A stretch of 64,000 nucleotides of DNA from the human T2T-CHM13v2.0 reference genome, Homo sapiens: the NCBI RefSeq assembly GCF_009914755.1, contig NC_060934.1. One strand, given 5' to 3'. Both the position numbers and the translations under genes were made by a program. Shown here piece after piece: positions 12,851 through 25,305 of the stretch. Position 1 is the stretch's first letter. Each line of letters starts with the position of its first letter. The notes under the pieces were generated by a model that was not told the origin of the DNA, made no database searches, and saw nothing but the letters and a program-made list of their open reading frames with translations.

Positions 12851-13185
12851 CAGTTCTCAAAATTGGCTGCAGGCTAAAATCATATGGGGAGTTTGAAAAC
12901 TTAATGGTGCCTGGCTCCTGAACTTTACCCTGGACTTTCTCAGGCTGGTTACCTGGGAATTTGGTGCTCTTGGTCAAGTTGACCAGCAGCTGTCTCTCTA
13001 CCAAGGGCCACAGGGAACCTCTAGAAAGGGGGGTGCAGTGGGTTGGTCCTGGGCACTGGAGAAAGTAAAAAATAGCAAGGCTTCTGTCAGATACAGACAG
13101 TGGAATCTAACTGGTCTGGGGTGTGGCTTGGGCTTTGGGATTTTTAAAAGCTTGCTAGATGGCTGCCATGTGCAGCCAAGAACAG
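12851..13185. mobile_element. MER5A1, split by the 12935-13097 insertion
   Basis: Left half cagttctcaaaattggctgca...aatcatatggggagttt; right half aactggtctggggtgtggcttgggctttgggatttttaaaagc...atgtgcagccaag. Confidence 0.8.
12935..13097 (+). repeat. Local duplication A, copy 2 (inserted inside MER5A1)
   Basis: Homologous to 10715-10871; interrupts a contiguous MER5A1. Confidence 0.92.
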
Positions 13186-14316
13186 TGGCTAGCAGAGAGG
13201 AAGCATCCAGTAAAGGTTAGCTCTGATTGGTTTAGTTCATCATTGTGGCCCCAGTCATGAGCCCAAAGCCTGGCACAGAGTGGGCCTTCAATAGCTGTTT
13301 GTTGAAAGAATGAATGAAACGTTGGGGACAGGAAGAGGGAGTTGAGGTTGTTTAGTCCGACCCTCTGGCACTGGGATTGCTACCCTGCCCACTTGGTTGT
13401 TGCCTTGGTTGGAACATCTCCTGTGGGCTCCAGTGCTGCCTGTTTCCTCCTTCTCCCAACAGGCCCCCAAAGGCTCTGCGCAGACCAGCACTGTCTCCTC
13501 CTTCATCCACAGAGAGGATGAAAGAACATGGCAAGAGGAAGACTCACAGAACCCCACAGAGAAGCTTTGAGAATTGGGCTGTCTGGCTCTCCCATCACCC
13601 ATTTGGCCACCAGCTTTGGTCCCAGCTGCTGTGCCCTCGGGGGATGCATTATGGCCCTGAAAGGGGCCCTTGTCCCTTTTTGGGGTGTCATCCTGGCTGG
13701 GTGGTATGGATTTCTGCTGTAAACATGGCCCATCTGGGAGAAGCCCAGGTGCCACGTTTTGAACAGCTCTGAAACTTAAAGCTCAGAAGGCTTTGAAATG
13801 CAAATATTTTGAAGGAAACATAAGGTAAACATGAGTGCTTATTTCCCCCTGATGAAAACAATATGCTGTTTGCTCTGAAATGTAAATAGGACCTAGATCG
13901 CTTTTAAAGAAAGCCATGTCTCATATTTTTAGGTCCAGGGTAATATCGTTCCTAAGAATATGTGCATCCGGCAGCCTTCCCACCTGCCTGAATCCACACT
14001 CCCTTTTTCATTCCTGATGCCCCTCATTCCAGCCATTGCTATCTTCTCCCATAAATATTCCAAATCCACCTCCCCCCTTCCCAATCCGGAATGCCACACT
14101 CCCCCGCCACAACCGTCATCTAATTTTTCCAGTACTCTCTGAGTGCTTGGGAGTTCCTTTTGGATAGAATTGGGGAAAAAAAAAAATCTGTAGCCAAAGG
14201 CGTTTCACTGACTTGAAAGAGATTTTATGGTGCATTGAGTTCTAATCAACTTTAATAAGTATTTAATGCAGGATGGAGACTTTGCCCTCAGCCCCGAGGC
14301 CCAGCCATGCGTGCTC

Positions 14317-14334
14317 GCGGCCCCCTGTTGGCCA
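14317..14334 (-). promoter_or_regulatory. CTCF motif
   Basis: Reverse complement tggccaacagggggccgc closely matches TGGCCACCAGGGGGCGC; lies in a CpG-retaining unique segment. Confidence 0.6.
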
Positions 14335-14989
14335 TGAGAGTAAGGACCGCTGCTGGGACCGGTGTTTTGGGTGGGCGCGGCGAGTGACAGCTGCAGAGAA
14401 ACGAATAATTAGCGATTGCAACCCCTGATAATGAGTAGCTCCATGATCCTTCTTGGAGCCATTAGGAACATCTATCTTATTAATGATCCCGCTCGACAGC
14501 CACGGGCCCGGGTGCCCGCTCCTCTCTCGCTCCTCATCTGTGCACAGAAAAGCGGAGATGGAAGGTGGTCATTTTTCATCTCCCTTAGTAGTGGGGGCTC
14601 GAGCTTTCTAGGCCGGCCACATCCCTAGGGCTGATTGGGATCCACCCATGCCCCATGTACCATTCACCCTGGGCACTCCTCCTGTCGCCAGCAGAGAACA
14701 CCTTTCATATGTGCCCACCTGGTGCCTCTTGGGCCAGGGGTGCCATCACCCACAGTATGCTCTCTTCCCTCCCTGCCATTTGCCTGGGATTTGCTATGAT
14801 CACCATATTTGGGCAGGTACCCGCTAAGGGTTCAGGGCCTTATCCAGGTTCACACAGGTAGTAAGGGCCAGCGCCAGGATAGGATGCTTGTCTTTTTTGT
14901 GGGTTTTCCTGATGCTCCATGTTGGCCTACTAAGTGAATTCAAGAAATAGCAGCCCTTCCTGGCTGGTTTTCTTAAAGGCGATGTCCAA

Positions 14990-15282
14990 GCCAGCAGTTG
15001 CAGACTGTCTACCAGCTGCATCTGGTTTGTAGGTATGAATCTGTTTGACCTGCACATGTCTTAATAATTGGGAAATAGCCACTTAAATTTCCAGATTTAC
15101 TGAGAAATTGGAAGACTTGGACACATTAAATTTGTAGTTCTGTATGGCTAGATCTCAGGGGGCACCTGCTCTTTTAAGACAGTTTGCCACAGGTCCCACC
15201 ACTCCCTATCATCCCATGCCTTGCCTGACTGACTCACTTATGTTACCTGTCTGTTCCCATATCTGTCTGTGTTTGAGCTTGC
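14990..15282. mobile_element. MER102 (hAT-Charlie)
   Basis: cagtttgccacaggtcccaccactccctat...ttatgttacctgtctg...gtttgagcttgc resembles the MER102 end. Confidence 0.7.
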
Positions 15283-15290
15283 TGTGTTTG

Positions 15291-15775
15291 AGATGAGAAA
15301 GTCAAGGTAGATAGGTCACGTGACTCGCCTATGCTAGTAAGTGGCAGAATTCGGTTTTAAACTTAGTTTTCTTGGCTGTAGCTTCAGGGCAGTTTTTCAT
15401 ATAGCCAGATAATTCAGTTATCAGATACTGAATGGACGGCGATGCTGAAAGGAGGGTGAATTTTGCAAGTGACCTAGAAATCTTTTCTCTGATTCAACTT
15501 CTGGACTATAATAGATGACTATGTCATGAACGAGTACCTGCCCACTTTAACTGGCATATCCCCCTCCTCCTAAACATCCTCCTTCCTCTAGAAGTTTCTG
15601 TTCTTGCTCCCTCCCTTAGACCCCTGCAGATTCTGCCATGTTTTTAGAGGACCCTACTTCTCTAGTCTCACTTGATTGGCCTGGACGTGGATATGTGACC
15701 AAAGTTGAGCCAATTTCAATGCTTTTTCCCATCTGGCCAGGGATAGTTGGTTCAGGGCTGAGCATTGCATCCAAG
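15291..15775 (+). repeat. Local duplication B, copy 1 (derived)
   Basis: 485 bp, constant offset 3596 to 18887-19371, ~17 substitutions, no indel seen. Confidence 0.97.
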
Positions 15776-16504
15776 TTGTGTGAACTATTTAGACCTGTGA
15801 TGTTCAAATCTTATTTTATCAGCAGATGCCTTTTCTTAAACAAATGAGATGGGCAATAGAAAACATCTACCAGGAATAACATGGTTAAGGTTGGCATGGA
15901 CTTGGAATCCCACTCACTTGGATCCCACATTCTACCCCAGTAGTTCTTCAAAGTTTGTGGGAACTCTAGGGCCCCACAGAACACAGTTTGCAAATGGTTT
16001 TCCTTGAGAACAAATAAGTGGCAAGATCCCAGCCACCCACTGAACACGCCAGCAGATGCCTTGCTGAAACCATCACCTTGGAGACAAGATGGGCAGAGCT
16101 TGAGAAGCCCTTAGCGACTGTTCATTTTTATAGGGTGAAAGCAAGCCTTAGAATGAATATCTGAATCAGTGCTTCAACCTAGAGTTTGAATCTCCTTGTT
16201 TTTCCTAAATTTTTTTTCTGGAAGAACCTTCACCCCTCTGTCCCAGCCTCACACCAGTACTCTATCTCCCATCCTGAAATTGCAAGCTTTTAGGGAAATG
16301 AAGAATGACTCCACTCACTAAGCAAACAGAACTTGTTACTTAACAAGTGGTAAGTAGTTTAAACATTGCTTTTATGTGAAATGTATACACATAAAACAGA
16401 AGAGAATGCAACATTCACCTGAGGCTTCAAAATAAAACATGAAGCTTGAAAGGGATTTGGGGGTTATAATGCTGCTTTGGATAAAATCTTCTGGTGCTCT
16501 TGAA

Positions 16505-16708
16505 CAGGGCCCTCAAAATTTCTCTGTAAAAGGCAAGATAGTAAATAGTTTAGGCCATACAGTCTCTGCTGCAATCACTCAACTCTGCTTTTGTAATTAG
16601 AAACAGCCTTAGATAACATGTAAAGGAATGGGTGTGGCTGTGTTCCAATAAAACTTTATTTAGAAAAACAGGTGGTGTGCTGGGTTTGGCTGTAGTTGCT
16701 GGTCCCTG
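16505..16708. mobile_element. MER58A
   Basis: ctgtaaaaggcaagatagtaaata...gggtgtggctgtgttccaataaaactttattta; ends ccctg. Confidence 0.85.
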
Positions 16709-16759
16709 CTCTAGGTCAATGTGGGTACCCTACTTTGTTTTTATAGGTTTCTTAGTAGA

Positions 16760-17650
16760 CACATCTGAGAGCAGTATATGACACTAACTAGGTATCCTAC
16801 AATTCATTCAATTCTGACACAAACTTCCTAAGGCAGACCCCGCAAGTTAAGGGCTCAGCCTCCATTTCATATGCACTTCTGTCTGGCCAACTACAAATTC
16901 CCAGGTTCCCCTATCCCCAATCCAGGCTTGAATATTTGCCAGAATGACTCACAGAACTCAGGAAAGTGCTATCCTTATGACTGTTGTTTTATTATAAATG
17001 ATACAAATGAACAGATTCACCAGGCAGGTCTTGGGGGTGAGGGGCCCGTGAAGCCTAAGATACTGACTATCTTGCCCTTTACAGAAAAAGTTTGATGATC
17101 CTGAGCAGTGCATCAGGAAATGTTCTCCAAAGCCACATTATACCCCCCAGATACCCCTGAAGTTCAACTGTTTTATTTTCAAGCCTTAGGAAAATATTGC
17201 ATTCTCTTCTATTTTATGTATATACATTTTACAAACAGAGTGTTGCAGAGCTTCCATGCTCTCTCCCAGTGGAATGTGGGTATGGCACTCTTCCAGCAGT
17301 GTGGAAGTTACCCAAATCTTGTTTCAGAGTTTCTATCTGGGGTTTCATTAGTAGGCGTGATTGATGAAATCATTGGCCATGAGATTGAATTCAATTTCCA
17401 GCTGCACCCTCTCTCCCCAGGGGTTGGTGGGGGTGGTGAAAGTTCTAGCTCTCTAATCACATGCTTGGTGTATCTGGTGTGGCCAGCCCCTCTCTTGAAA
17501 CTATCTAAGGGCCCACCTTGAATCACCTCATAAAGTTAGGTATAACCAAAAGGTGCCCATTATGAATAACAAAAGACACTCCTATCACTCAAGAAATTCT
17601 ATGGGTTTTTGAAGCTCAAAAACCAAATATGTATTTTGTATTATACCACA
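16760..17650 (-). mobile_element. MER21C-like LTR, interrupted at ~17035-17235 by MER58/L1 scraps
   Basis: caattctgacac, gactcacagaactcaggaaa, ctctaatcacatgcttgg, ttatgaataacaaaagacactcctatcactc; ends attataccaca. Confidence 0.8.
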
Positions 17651-17838
17651 ATTGGCAAATGGATTTTACTTAATTTCCCAACTCCAACTGATTGGTCATG
17701 CCTGCTTGGAGTGCTAGGCTGTAGTTTCTGAGGCTGGGTCCAGGTTCACTGGAAAGAGTGCTGTAATCAATTAGTGATGTCTGCCATGGGTAATACAGGA
17801 GGCTTTAGCAGCACGTGTGCCGTTTATCTGCCATTCCT
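17651..17838. mobile_element. MER103C-like
   Basis: ccaactgattggt...ggaaagagtgctgtaatcaattagtgatgtctgccatggg...tgccattcct. Confidence 0.7.
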
Positions 17839-18886
17839 AAAGGGAAATCTCTGTATCTGGCACCTGTTTTCCAAACAGTATTTTCTTATCTTCCCAAATT
17901 TTGCCTGCTAACCTGTATTTATGCTATCTAGCCTCTCAAAGAGGCTATACTGAGGTCAGATCCTACTATCTTCCCGACTTGATTTTAAGTTTCAGGAGAG
18001 CAGGTTTCCTGGTGACCATGCATGAAAACTCCAGTAAGGAATATAGCCAGCATCACTCTGTGTACAGAGTTAAGGCTGCAAGAGGGGAGGGGAAAAGAAG
18101 TCAGTGAGAGTGTATAGAGGTCAGCTTCCCTGAGAGGTAGAGGGCTGATCAAGGTCCCGAAGAATGGGCAGGATGGGGTAGGTGGAGGGGAGAGGAGGGT
18201 ATATGTCAGGAAGTGAGGTGTTGAGGAGCTGTGGGAGAAAGAGCTGAGGGCCAAGTCTTGTCCCCGACTTCAGAGGGCTTGAGATCCAGGTAGAGTTGGT
18301 AGCTGTGGGAGCCCTTGTTGTTGCTGGACAGGAGAGCTACATGGGACTATTTTGACATGGGGGAAGATGCATGGAAGGGCATTTCTGGCCAAGCGTAGAA
18401 GAACATGAGCAGGAGGAAGTGCTCCTGTTTGGAGCAGCCTGGCCACTGCAGGGAAAAGAACCTCTCCAGGTGCACGCATTGGCCCATTGTGTAGGAGAAG
18501 CCAGATCATGCTTACCTTCCATTCCCATGCACCAAGCAATCATCCCCAGAAGTGGGGTCCTCTAAAAACTTGGCTGCATCTGCCAGAGTCTAGTGGTGGG
18601 ATCAAGGAGAAGAGAAACCTATAGAGGAGAAGGGAAACCTAGAGGAGCGTGTGCCAGATGAAATGAGCAGACATTTTCTAGATATCCTTGTTGGGCTGAC
18701 ACACATGGCTGTGAGGAACGAAACTGTGCAGTAGGAGCTTTGTGATCCGCTTGGCTGACCTGGAGCTGATGTTTGGATTAAGGTCTTTCACCAACTCTGA
18801 TGAAGCACCTGCCAACATGGTGCTGGTGATGTTCACTTGCACAGCCCATGTAAACCTTTGAGGAGCAGGTACTGCGCCCATTTAAC

Positions 18887-19371
18887 AGATGAGAAAGTCA
18901 AGGTAGATAGGTCACGTGACTTGCCTATGCTAGTAAGTGGCAGAATTCAGTTTTAAACTTAATTTTCTTGACTCTAGCTTCAGGGCAGTTTTTCATATAG
19001 CCAGATAATTCAGTTATCAGATACTGAATGGATGGCGATGCTGAAAGGAGGGTGAATTTTGCAAGTGACCTAGAAATCTTTTCTCTGATTCATCATCTGG
19101 GCTATAATAGACGACCATGTCATGAACGAGTACCTGCCCACTTTAACTGGGATATCCCCCTTCTCCTAAACATCCTCCTTCCTCTAGAAGTTTCTGTTCT
19201 TGCTCCCCCGCTTAGACCCCTGCAGATTCTGCCATGTTTTTAGAGGACCCTACTTCTCTAGCCTCACTTGATTGTCCTGGACGTGGATATGTGACCAAAG
19301 TTGAGCCAATTTCAATGCTTTTTCCCATCTGGCCAGGGATAGTTGGTTCAGGGCTGAGCATTGCATCCAAG
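18887..19371 (+). repeat. Local duplication B, copy 2 (probable donor)
   Basis: Both ends are continuous with flanking old repeats (MIR on the left, MLT1K on the right). Confidence 0.97.
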
Positions 19372-19755
19372 CTGGGCCTATCCCAGGCAAATCTTTGGCC
19401 TGAAATTTTTCAAGACGGAGCTGAAAGGGAGTCTCCAGACTCTCCCCACAATGCAGGCTGTAGGGTGTCAAAGCCAGGAGCACCCGGCCTCTGTGTTGCA
19501 TGCCATGCTGAGGAGCTGGCCTGCAGGTGAGAGGGAATGAAGCCCCTGCAGAGAGGATCAGAGATGAGAGATGGAGGGAGGAGGTTCTGTTCTAATTCTG
19601 GTTCCTGTTTCTCTGAGGCCCAGCTGCTTTCTGCCTTTCCTCAGTTGGATCATTGAGCCTCCTTTTGGATTCTGTGAGTGAATACATTCCCCTTTTGGCC
19701 TCATCTAGTTCGAGCTGGATTTCTGTCACTGGCAACATGAGTTCTGACTGACACA
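19245..19755 (+). mobile_element. MLT1K-like LTR
   Basis: Ends aatacattccccttttggc...gagctggatttctgtcactggcaac...ctgactgacaca. Confidence 0.65.
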
Positions 19756-20899
19756 TAGCCCGTGTGGAAGCATCTGCCATTCATATGCGCATGAGATATT
19801 TACAGGGCTGGTCCTGCATACATGGCACTGTGCACAGCTGCAAGGGCACTGGGCAGGGGAGCACGGAGAAGTGGAGAAGCGGGTTCTGTTCAGAGATTTG
19901 GGGTGCAGACAGGATCCATCTGCAGGGGACAAATTTGTACAGGCTGATCATAGACTCTCAAGGATATAAAGGGACATCCCTGACACCCAGATGTCACCTA
20001 GCCTGGGGTTGGACCCATGACCCCCAAAGCAGATTCTAACATGTTATGTCTTCACCTTGAAGGAGGAACATGAATATCTCCAGATCTCAGAGAGGATGTC
20101 TGACCCTTGAGCCAGAAGAAGGCCCATTTACTCTGTGTTCACTGATTAATCCTGAATGCCAAATGTGGTGCCTGATACACAGGAGGTACTTCATAATCAT
20201 AATGTGAGCTGAATGAATGAATGAATGAATGCATAAATTAATGCATGCTCAGCTCCGCTGAGCTCACTCCTCTTCCAAAGCAGTGGAGGAGGATGCAGCC
20301 TCTGTCTTAGACATGTCCTAGCAATTCTGGCTTCCTTCCAGAGCCTTCCAATCCTCCCTGTCCCCTGTTCACCTGCACTGCCTCCCTGAAAGGAGAGTTA
20401 TATAGAAAGAGGGTCAAAGCCCCAAAGCCCGAGGTCAATCCCATTCCTGCACTAAGCCAAGTCCTGCCTACCACTCACACCACGTCTGGTGGTGTCCTGC
20501 TCTTCCCTGCTGTCTCTCTGTCTCCTGCATGAATGCACCCCTACTCCCTGCACAGATGTGTATGCAAAACCCATCCTGTCTTGGCATTCACTGTCTTAAA
20601 GGCACTCAGTAAATGTTTGCTGAATGAATGTGGAATGAATTAGATTAAACAGATACACTTGCTCTAGCCTCCGTGAGATGGTTTGCTGTTTAAGAGCTCA
20701 GCAACTCACAGGGGAGATGTCACCTCAGGGATCGGGATGAAGAATGGACCAAAGTGCTGGAATAGATGGAGGTTCAGGGCACTATGGGTGGGCACCTGAG
20801 GGAGGGACTCACAGAGGGGTGGCATTTGCACTGGGCTCAGAGGGAATGAGTAGGAGTATAGCTGGTCAAGAGTATACCTGGTAGGAGTGTATCTGCCAG

Positions 20900-21370
20900 G
20901 ATATGTTATGAATTACAGTGATAGGAAAAGAAAATCTCAAACAGAGGTAGGGTAGACTTCAGGGCTGGCTGATTCAGCAGCTCTCAGATGCTACCTGGGA
21001 CTCAGGTTCTTTCTCTCTCTACTCTGTCATCCACGGTGTTGATTGCATTCTATAGTCAAACAATGGCTGTCAGCAACATTGGGGGCAATGTGTGTCCTAG
21101 TCCTTGTCTAGTGGGAGAGAGGGGAATCACTCTTCCAAGCGTAAATTATAATTGGATTGGTCAATTTTGGAAAAGAACCTGCCCCTGGACAAATAAGTCA
21201 CATGGGAGTTCCCTGTGTTGATTGACTTAGAATAATAGGGCCCACCCCTGGGAAGGATGAAATCAACTGCCCTTGAGCCACTGGGTTGTGTGGGGAATAG
21301 CAGGTGGGGGATACCAGAACAAAACAGAGGCCAGACAGGAGGCAGGGAGGATGGGTAGCAATGAAGAGAG
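20900..21370 (-). mobile_element. Old MLT1 (L/N-type) LTR
   Basis: cttcagggctggctgattcagcagctc...caggttctttc...ctctgtcatcc...caatggctgtcagca. Confidence 0.55.
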
Positions 21371-22199
21371 TCCACATTGGAGTAGGGGAAGATGCACGGA
21401 AGGGCATTGCTGGCTGAGGGAACAGGCCATGTTAAGGGTTAGTGTCAGGACTTCTGTGTTTGGGAGATAATAGGAGCCAAGTGGAGAAGGGGCTGAGAGG
21501 CAGATGCCCAAGGGCAGGGCTTGAATGCCATGCTGGGAAATGGGATCTCCCTAGGAGAGTGGACTTCCGTGGACAGGAGAAGGGGAATGAGAAAAATGCT
21601 GAGCAAGCCCAATCCCTCCCTCCTTGGGTTCTTGTGGCGGTACCATCCCAGGATTACCATCTGAAGTAGACTGGGTTCTGCAGGTTTAGACAAGGCTTGG
21701 GTCTACATTTCCCCACGTCCCCTTCTCTTTGGGGTTCTGAGTTAGGGCTGGCCACATGTGGAGCTGTGGGAGATTTGGAAGGTGGAAGCAGAGAAGAATT
21801 AATCATTCTCAGAAGGTCATGGCCATCAGACAGGGTGACAGATGCAGAAGTGCCCACGGGCGTCCAGGGTCCCATTCATCTTTCCAACTCTTGGCCTTGC
21901 CCACCTCACCAGTGGGGGGGCCCCGAGCTAGCCACCAAGTGCTGGACTGCAGGTCCCCCAGAGGCAGCAGCCTCCATAGCCCCCGCTTCCTTCCTACCTG
22001 CCCCCCTGTTCCCGTGCTTCAGGCTGTTGGTGCCTTCCTCTGGTCCTCTCCCAGACCTTGACTGCCCAGCCCACCCGCATCTGTGTAAGCATAAAAAACT
22101 CAAATGCTATGTTAAGACTAGTTGTCTTAACACCTACACATTCACTGGAGTCATCCTCGAGTCATAATAGCTCAGCTTGACCCGATCAGAGAGGCTGAA

Positions 22200-22435
22200 C
22201 TATAGCATAACAGCACAGACTGCTGGCTTCAGATCCTGGCTCCCCACCTACCTGCTGTGCAAACTTAGGTGAGTTTTCCATGTCTCTGTGGCTCAGCTTC
22301 CTCCTCTGAGAAGTGAGCCTAAGAATAGAACTAGCTGCAGAGAGTGGCTAGAGGAGCCCATGAGTTGACAAGGCAGCACGATTCGCACAGTGCCTGGAAC
22401 ATAGTAGGTGCTGTGTAAGTGATAGCTGTTGTTAC
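22200..22435 (+). mobile_element. MIR
   Basis: ctctgtggctcagcttcctcctctg...cacagtgcctggaacatagtaggtgct. Confidence 0.8.
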
Positions 22436-22562
22436 CACCTATTTGTCGTGTTCCAGGCAGCAGCCCAGGTGTTCACACAGGTGTTAATTCATTTAATCTC
22501 CCCAACAATCCTGTGAGAGTGGTAGTGCTATTAACCCCATTTACAGAGTCACAGAGAGGCTA

Positions 22563-22636
22563 TTAGGTTGGAACATATGAAATTGCTAGTTTTGTAGGTC
22601 AAACATAGTTCTGTATCAGCAATTGCATGTGGCTCA
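22563..22636. mobile_element. MADE2 (mariner MITE) within a MIR
   Basis: ta|ttaggttggaacatatgaaattgctagttttgtaggtcaaa...gcaattgcatgtggctca. Confidence 0.75.
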
Positions 22637-23749
22637 CAGCTAGCATGACTGCAGGTCTCAAAGCCGGGCAACCTGCCCAAGGCTATGCAGCCTGCACTTT
22701 TACTGGAGCACCTACTGGGCACCACAGAGACGGTGTGTCCTCTGTTACAGAACTTATAATATTACAGGAGGGCTGTTTATGTAACAAAGGCTGTGCACAT
22801 GGAACAGGGAACTACAGACTATTTTCAATACCTTTCCTCTACACCTTCGCTCATTTGGGCATATCAGACATAGACATCACCTCTTCCATGAAGCCTTCCC
22901 TAACTTCCCCCACCAGAGAAGTCAACCCCGGCACAGAGTCAGAGGTAGGAGAGGGCCCTGTTTATCTGGGGGACAGTGGGAAGTTTTGTGTGGCTGGAAT
23001 GTCCACTACTTGAAGAAGAGCCTGGAAAGGGACCCAAGCCAGAGGAAAAGACTTCGGATGACAATGGGGTTTGGCTCCATTGTCACCATGAGAAGGAGCC
23101 ATCCAGGCCAACTCTTCTTACTCATGAAATGCCACTGAATCTCTTGATCTTCGCCTGCCCTTAGGCCTCCTTGGAAGGTGCTCCTTGGTGAGGGTGCACC
23201 CGGGAACCTGAAATGACCTGTCTGGAAAGAGGTGGGCAAGTTTCCAAGCCTGGGCGGCATCACAGGGACTTCCTGGCTTTTGCCTGAGGCTGCAGTCCCT
23301 GTAAGAGTGACCCATTGAGTTGGCCTCTGCCCTGGGAGTTTCAGGCGGCCCCACGTCCCACCTTCTGCTTTGCATCCTCTGGATCTAACCTGCCTTCCCA
23401 AATCCAGGCCCGTGGCTTTGTTCTGGGAAGCACCATCTCAGCCCAGGCTCAGTGCTGCCCATCCCATCCCCATGTCTGTCCTGTACTCCTCTCTCAGGGT
23501 CAGGGCTATTCTCCTCTTATCTGGGGTGAGGGAATCTGACAGAATGTACCAGAAGCCAGGTCTCCCTGAGGGCTTTCCCAGGACTGCCAGGGAGAACTGG
23601 GGGTGACCAGGGTCTCCTATTCCCCTGCATGTGTTAAGAACTTTGGGTGTGGTGCTGGGCTCCCTGGTAGGAATCCTGGTCTGGCCGTTCCTAACCAGTT
23701 TCTCCTTTGCAAAATGGGGCTTACAGATAGCACTTACTTCCGAGGCCAG

Positions 23750-24390
23750 TCAGTGTTTAGCAACTGGTCTTGGAGTATAGTTCCAACCTGAAAATTGATT
23801 GGTATTTTTCTGTACCTCAATGATTGAGGTGAACGTGAAACAATGAAGATGTAGGTACAGACTTGACACTCACTTGTCAAAAGCATGAGTGACTTTGCTG
23901 AATTGGATAATAGATTTTGAATACAGAAAAAAATATTTTGTCGGGGGGGCTACTCACAAACTAACAGCTATAGACCGACACAGGCACACTTTTAAGTTTC
24001 ATTTGGAAAATTAATATTTTCTCCATCACTTTTTTAAGTCTAGAAAAATCAATAAAAAATAAGTCAAGCCTTTGTCAATTTTCATAGTGACGTCACTAAA
24101 CATGGAATTGGAAGAGAGGCTTAGTAGCCACCATGATATGGCATTTCCACTGCAGAAATACAACAGAAGCACACGGCCCTGGCAGCATAGAGAACAATAA
24201 AGTGCAGTGAGATAATTCGGAAGTGATGAGTTTTGAGGATTTCTTACTTTTGTTTTTAGTATAATTTATTTTTAACTTATGTAATTTAATTTTAAAATAA
24301 TAGTCATATTTATCACCCAGCTTGTAAAATTCTTGAAAATTTAACAATTGGCTCTTGTGAGCCGGTACAAGCTGGCTCCAGCATGCCACC
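23750..24390. mobile_element. MER63 (hAT-Blackjack)
   Basis: Ends acaattggctcttgtgagccggtacaagctggctccagca. Confidence 0.8.
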
Positions 24391-24968
24391 CCAGGGTTAT
24401 TACAGGGGGCAAATAATTGAATGTTTTCAAAATGTTCAGAAAACACTGGCATATTGAGTAAGCCCTCCATAAAATGTTAGCCAATCTTCTTACTTACTAT
24501 TATGATTCTCGATTGGAACTTTGGTGAAGTCAGGGGCTGAGGTTAGGTGTGTTTTCCCACTAGACTAAGTTCCACTTGAGGACAGGGATCTCCTTTTGTT
24601 CTCCTGGCATCTAGCATAGGCCTGGCCTGCAGGAGGTGGTGGGCAATGCTCTCTGAGTTGGCATTTTTCCTGCTTGACCTGGATGGACGTCCGTTTCACT
24701 CTCGCTCACCTGTGGCCATTTCTGGGTCCTTCCCGGCATCACAAGCCACAGATGCCATCAGGTGGGCCTGTTGGTCTTTCCCTTTTCCTGTTGCCTTGTC
24801 AGGAAAATCTCACAAGAAGGTGCATATGTGGGAAGCCCACTTCTCAGGTTCTGACCCAGGAGAGGAATCGAAGGCAGATATTGTCGGCTCCATGCCTGCT
24901 TCCTGCTCTTTAAAGAGACCTGGGGGTGTTTACAAGTTTAAAGCCTCACAACATTGGGATTGAAGTAG

Positions 24969-25305
24969 CATTGCCCCTTTGTATCCACGGGGTCTGCATC
25001 TATGGACTTAATGAACTGTGGATCCAAAATACTCAGGAAAAAAAAAATCCACAAAGTTCCAAAAGCAAAACTTGAATTTGCTGTGCTCTGAGTCCTACGC
25101 TGAATCCACACGAATGAAGTGATGTGCAGACATTGTATTAGCTATTATAGTATAAGTAATTAGAGATGACAAAGTATAAGGAAGGATGTGCATAGGTTAT
25201 ATGCAAATACTATCCCATTTTAAACCAGGGACTTGAGCATCCCTGGATTTTGGTATCCATGATGGGTCCTGGAACCAATCCTTAGTGGATACCCAGGAAT
25301 GACTG
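24969..25305. mobile_element. MER2/MER2B (TcMar-Tigger)
   Basis: gtatccacggggtctgcatc...ggttatatgcaaatact...gtcctggaaccaatcc...ggatacccaggaatgactg. Confidence 0.88.

Noticed and set aside
18607-18646. Two-copy ~20-bp tandem repeat (and a 15-bp one at ~20853-20900)
   Set aside because: Ordinary slippage duplications
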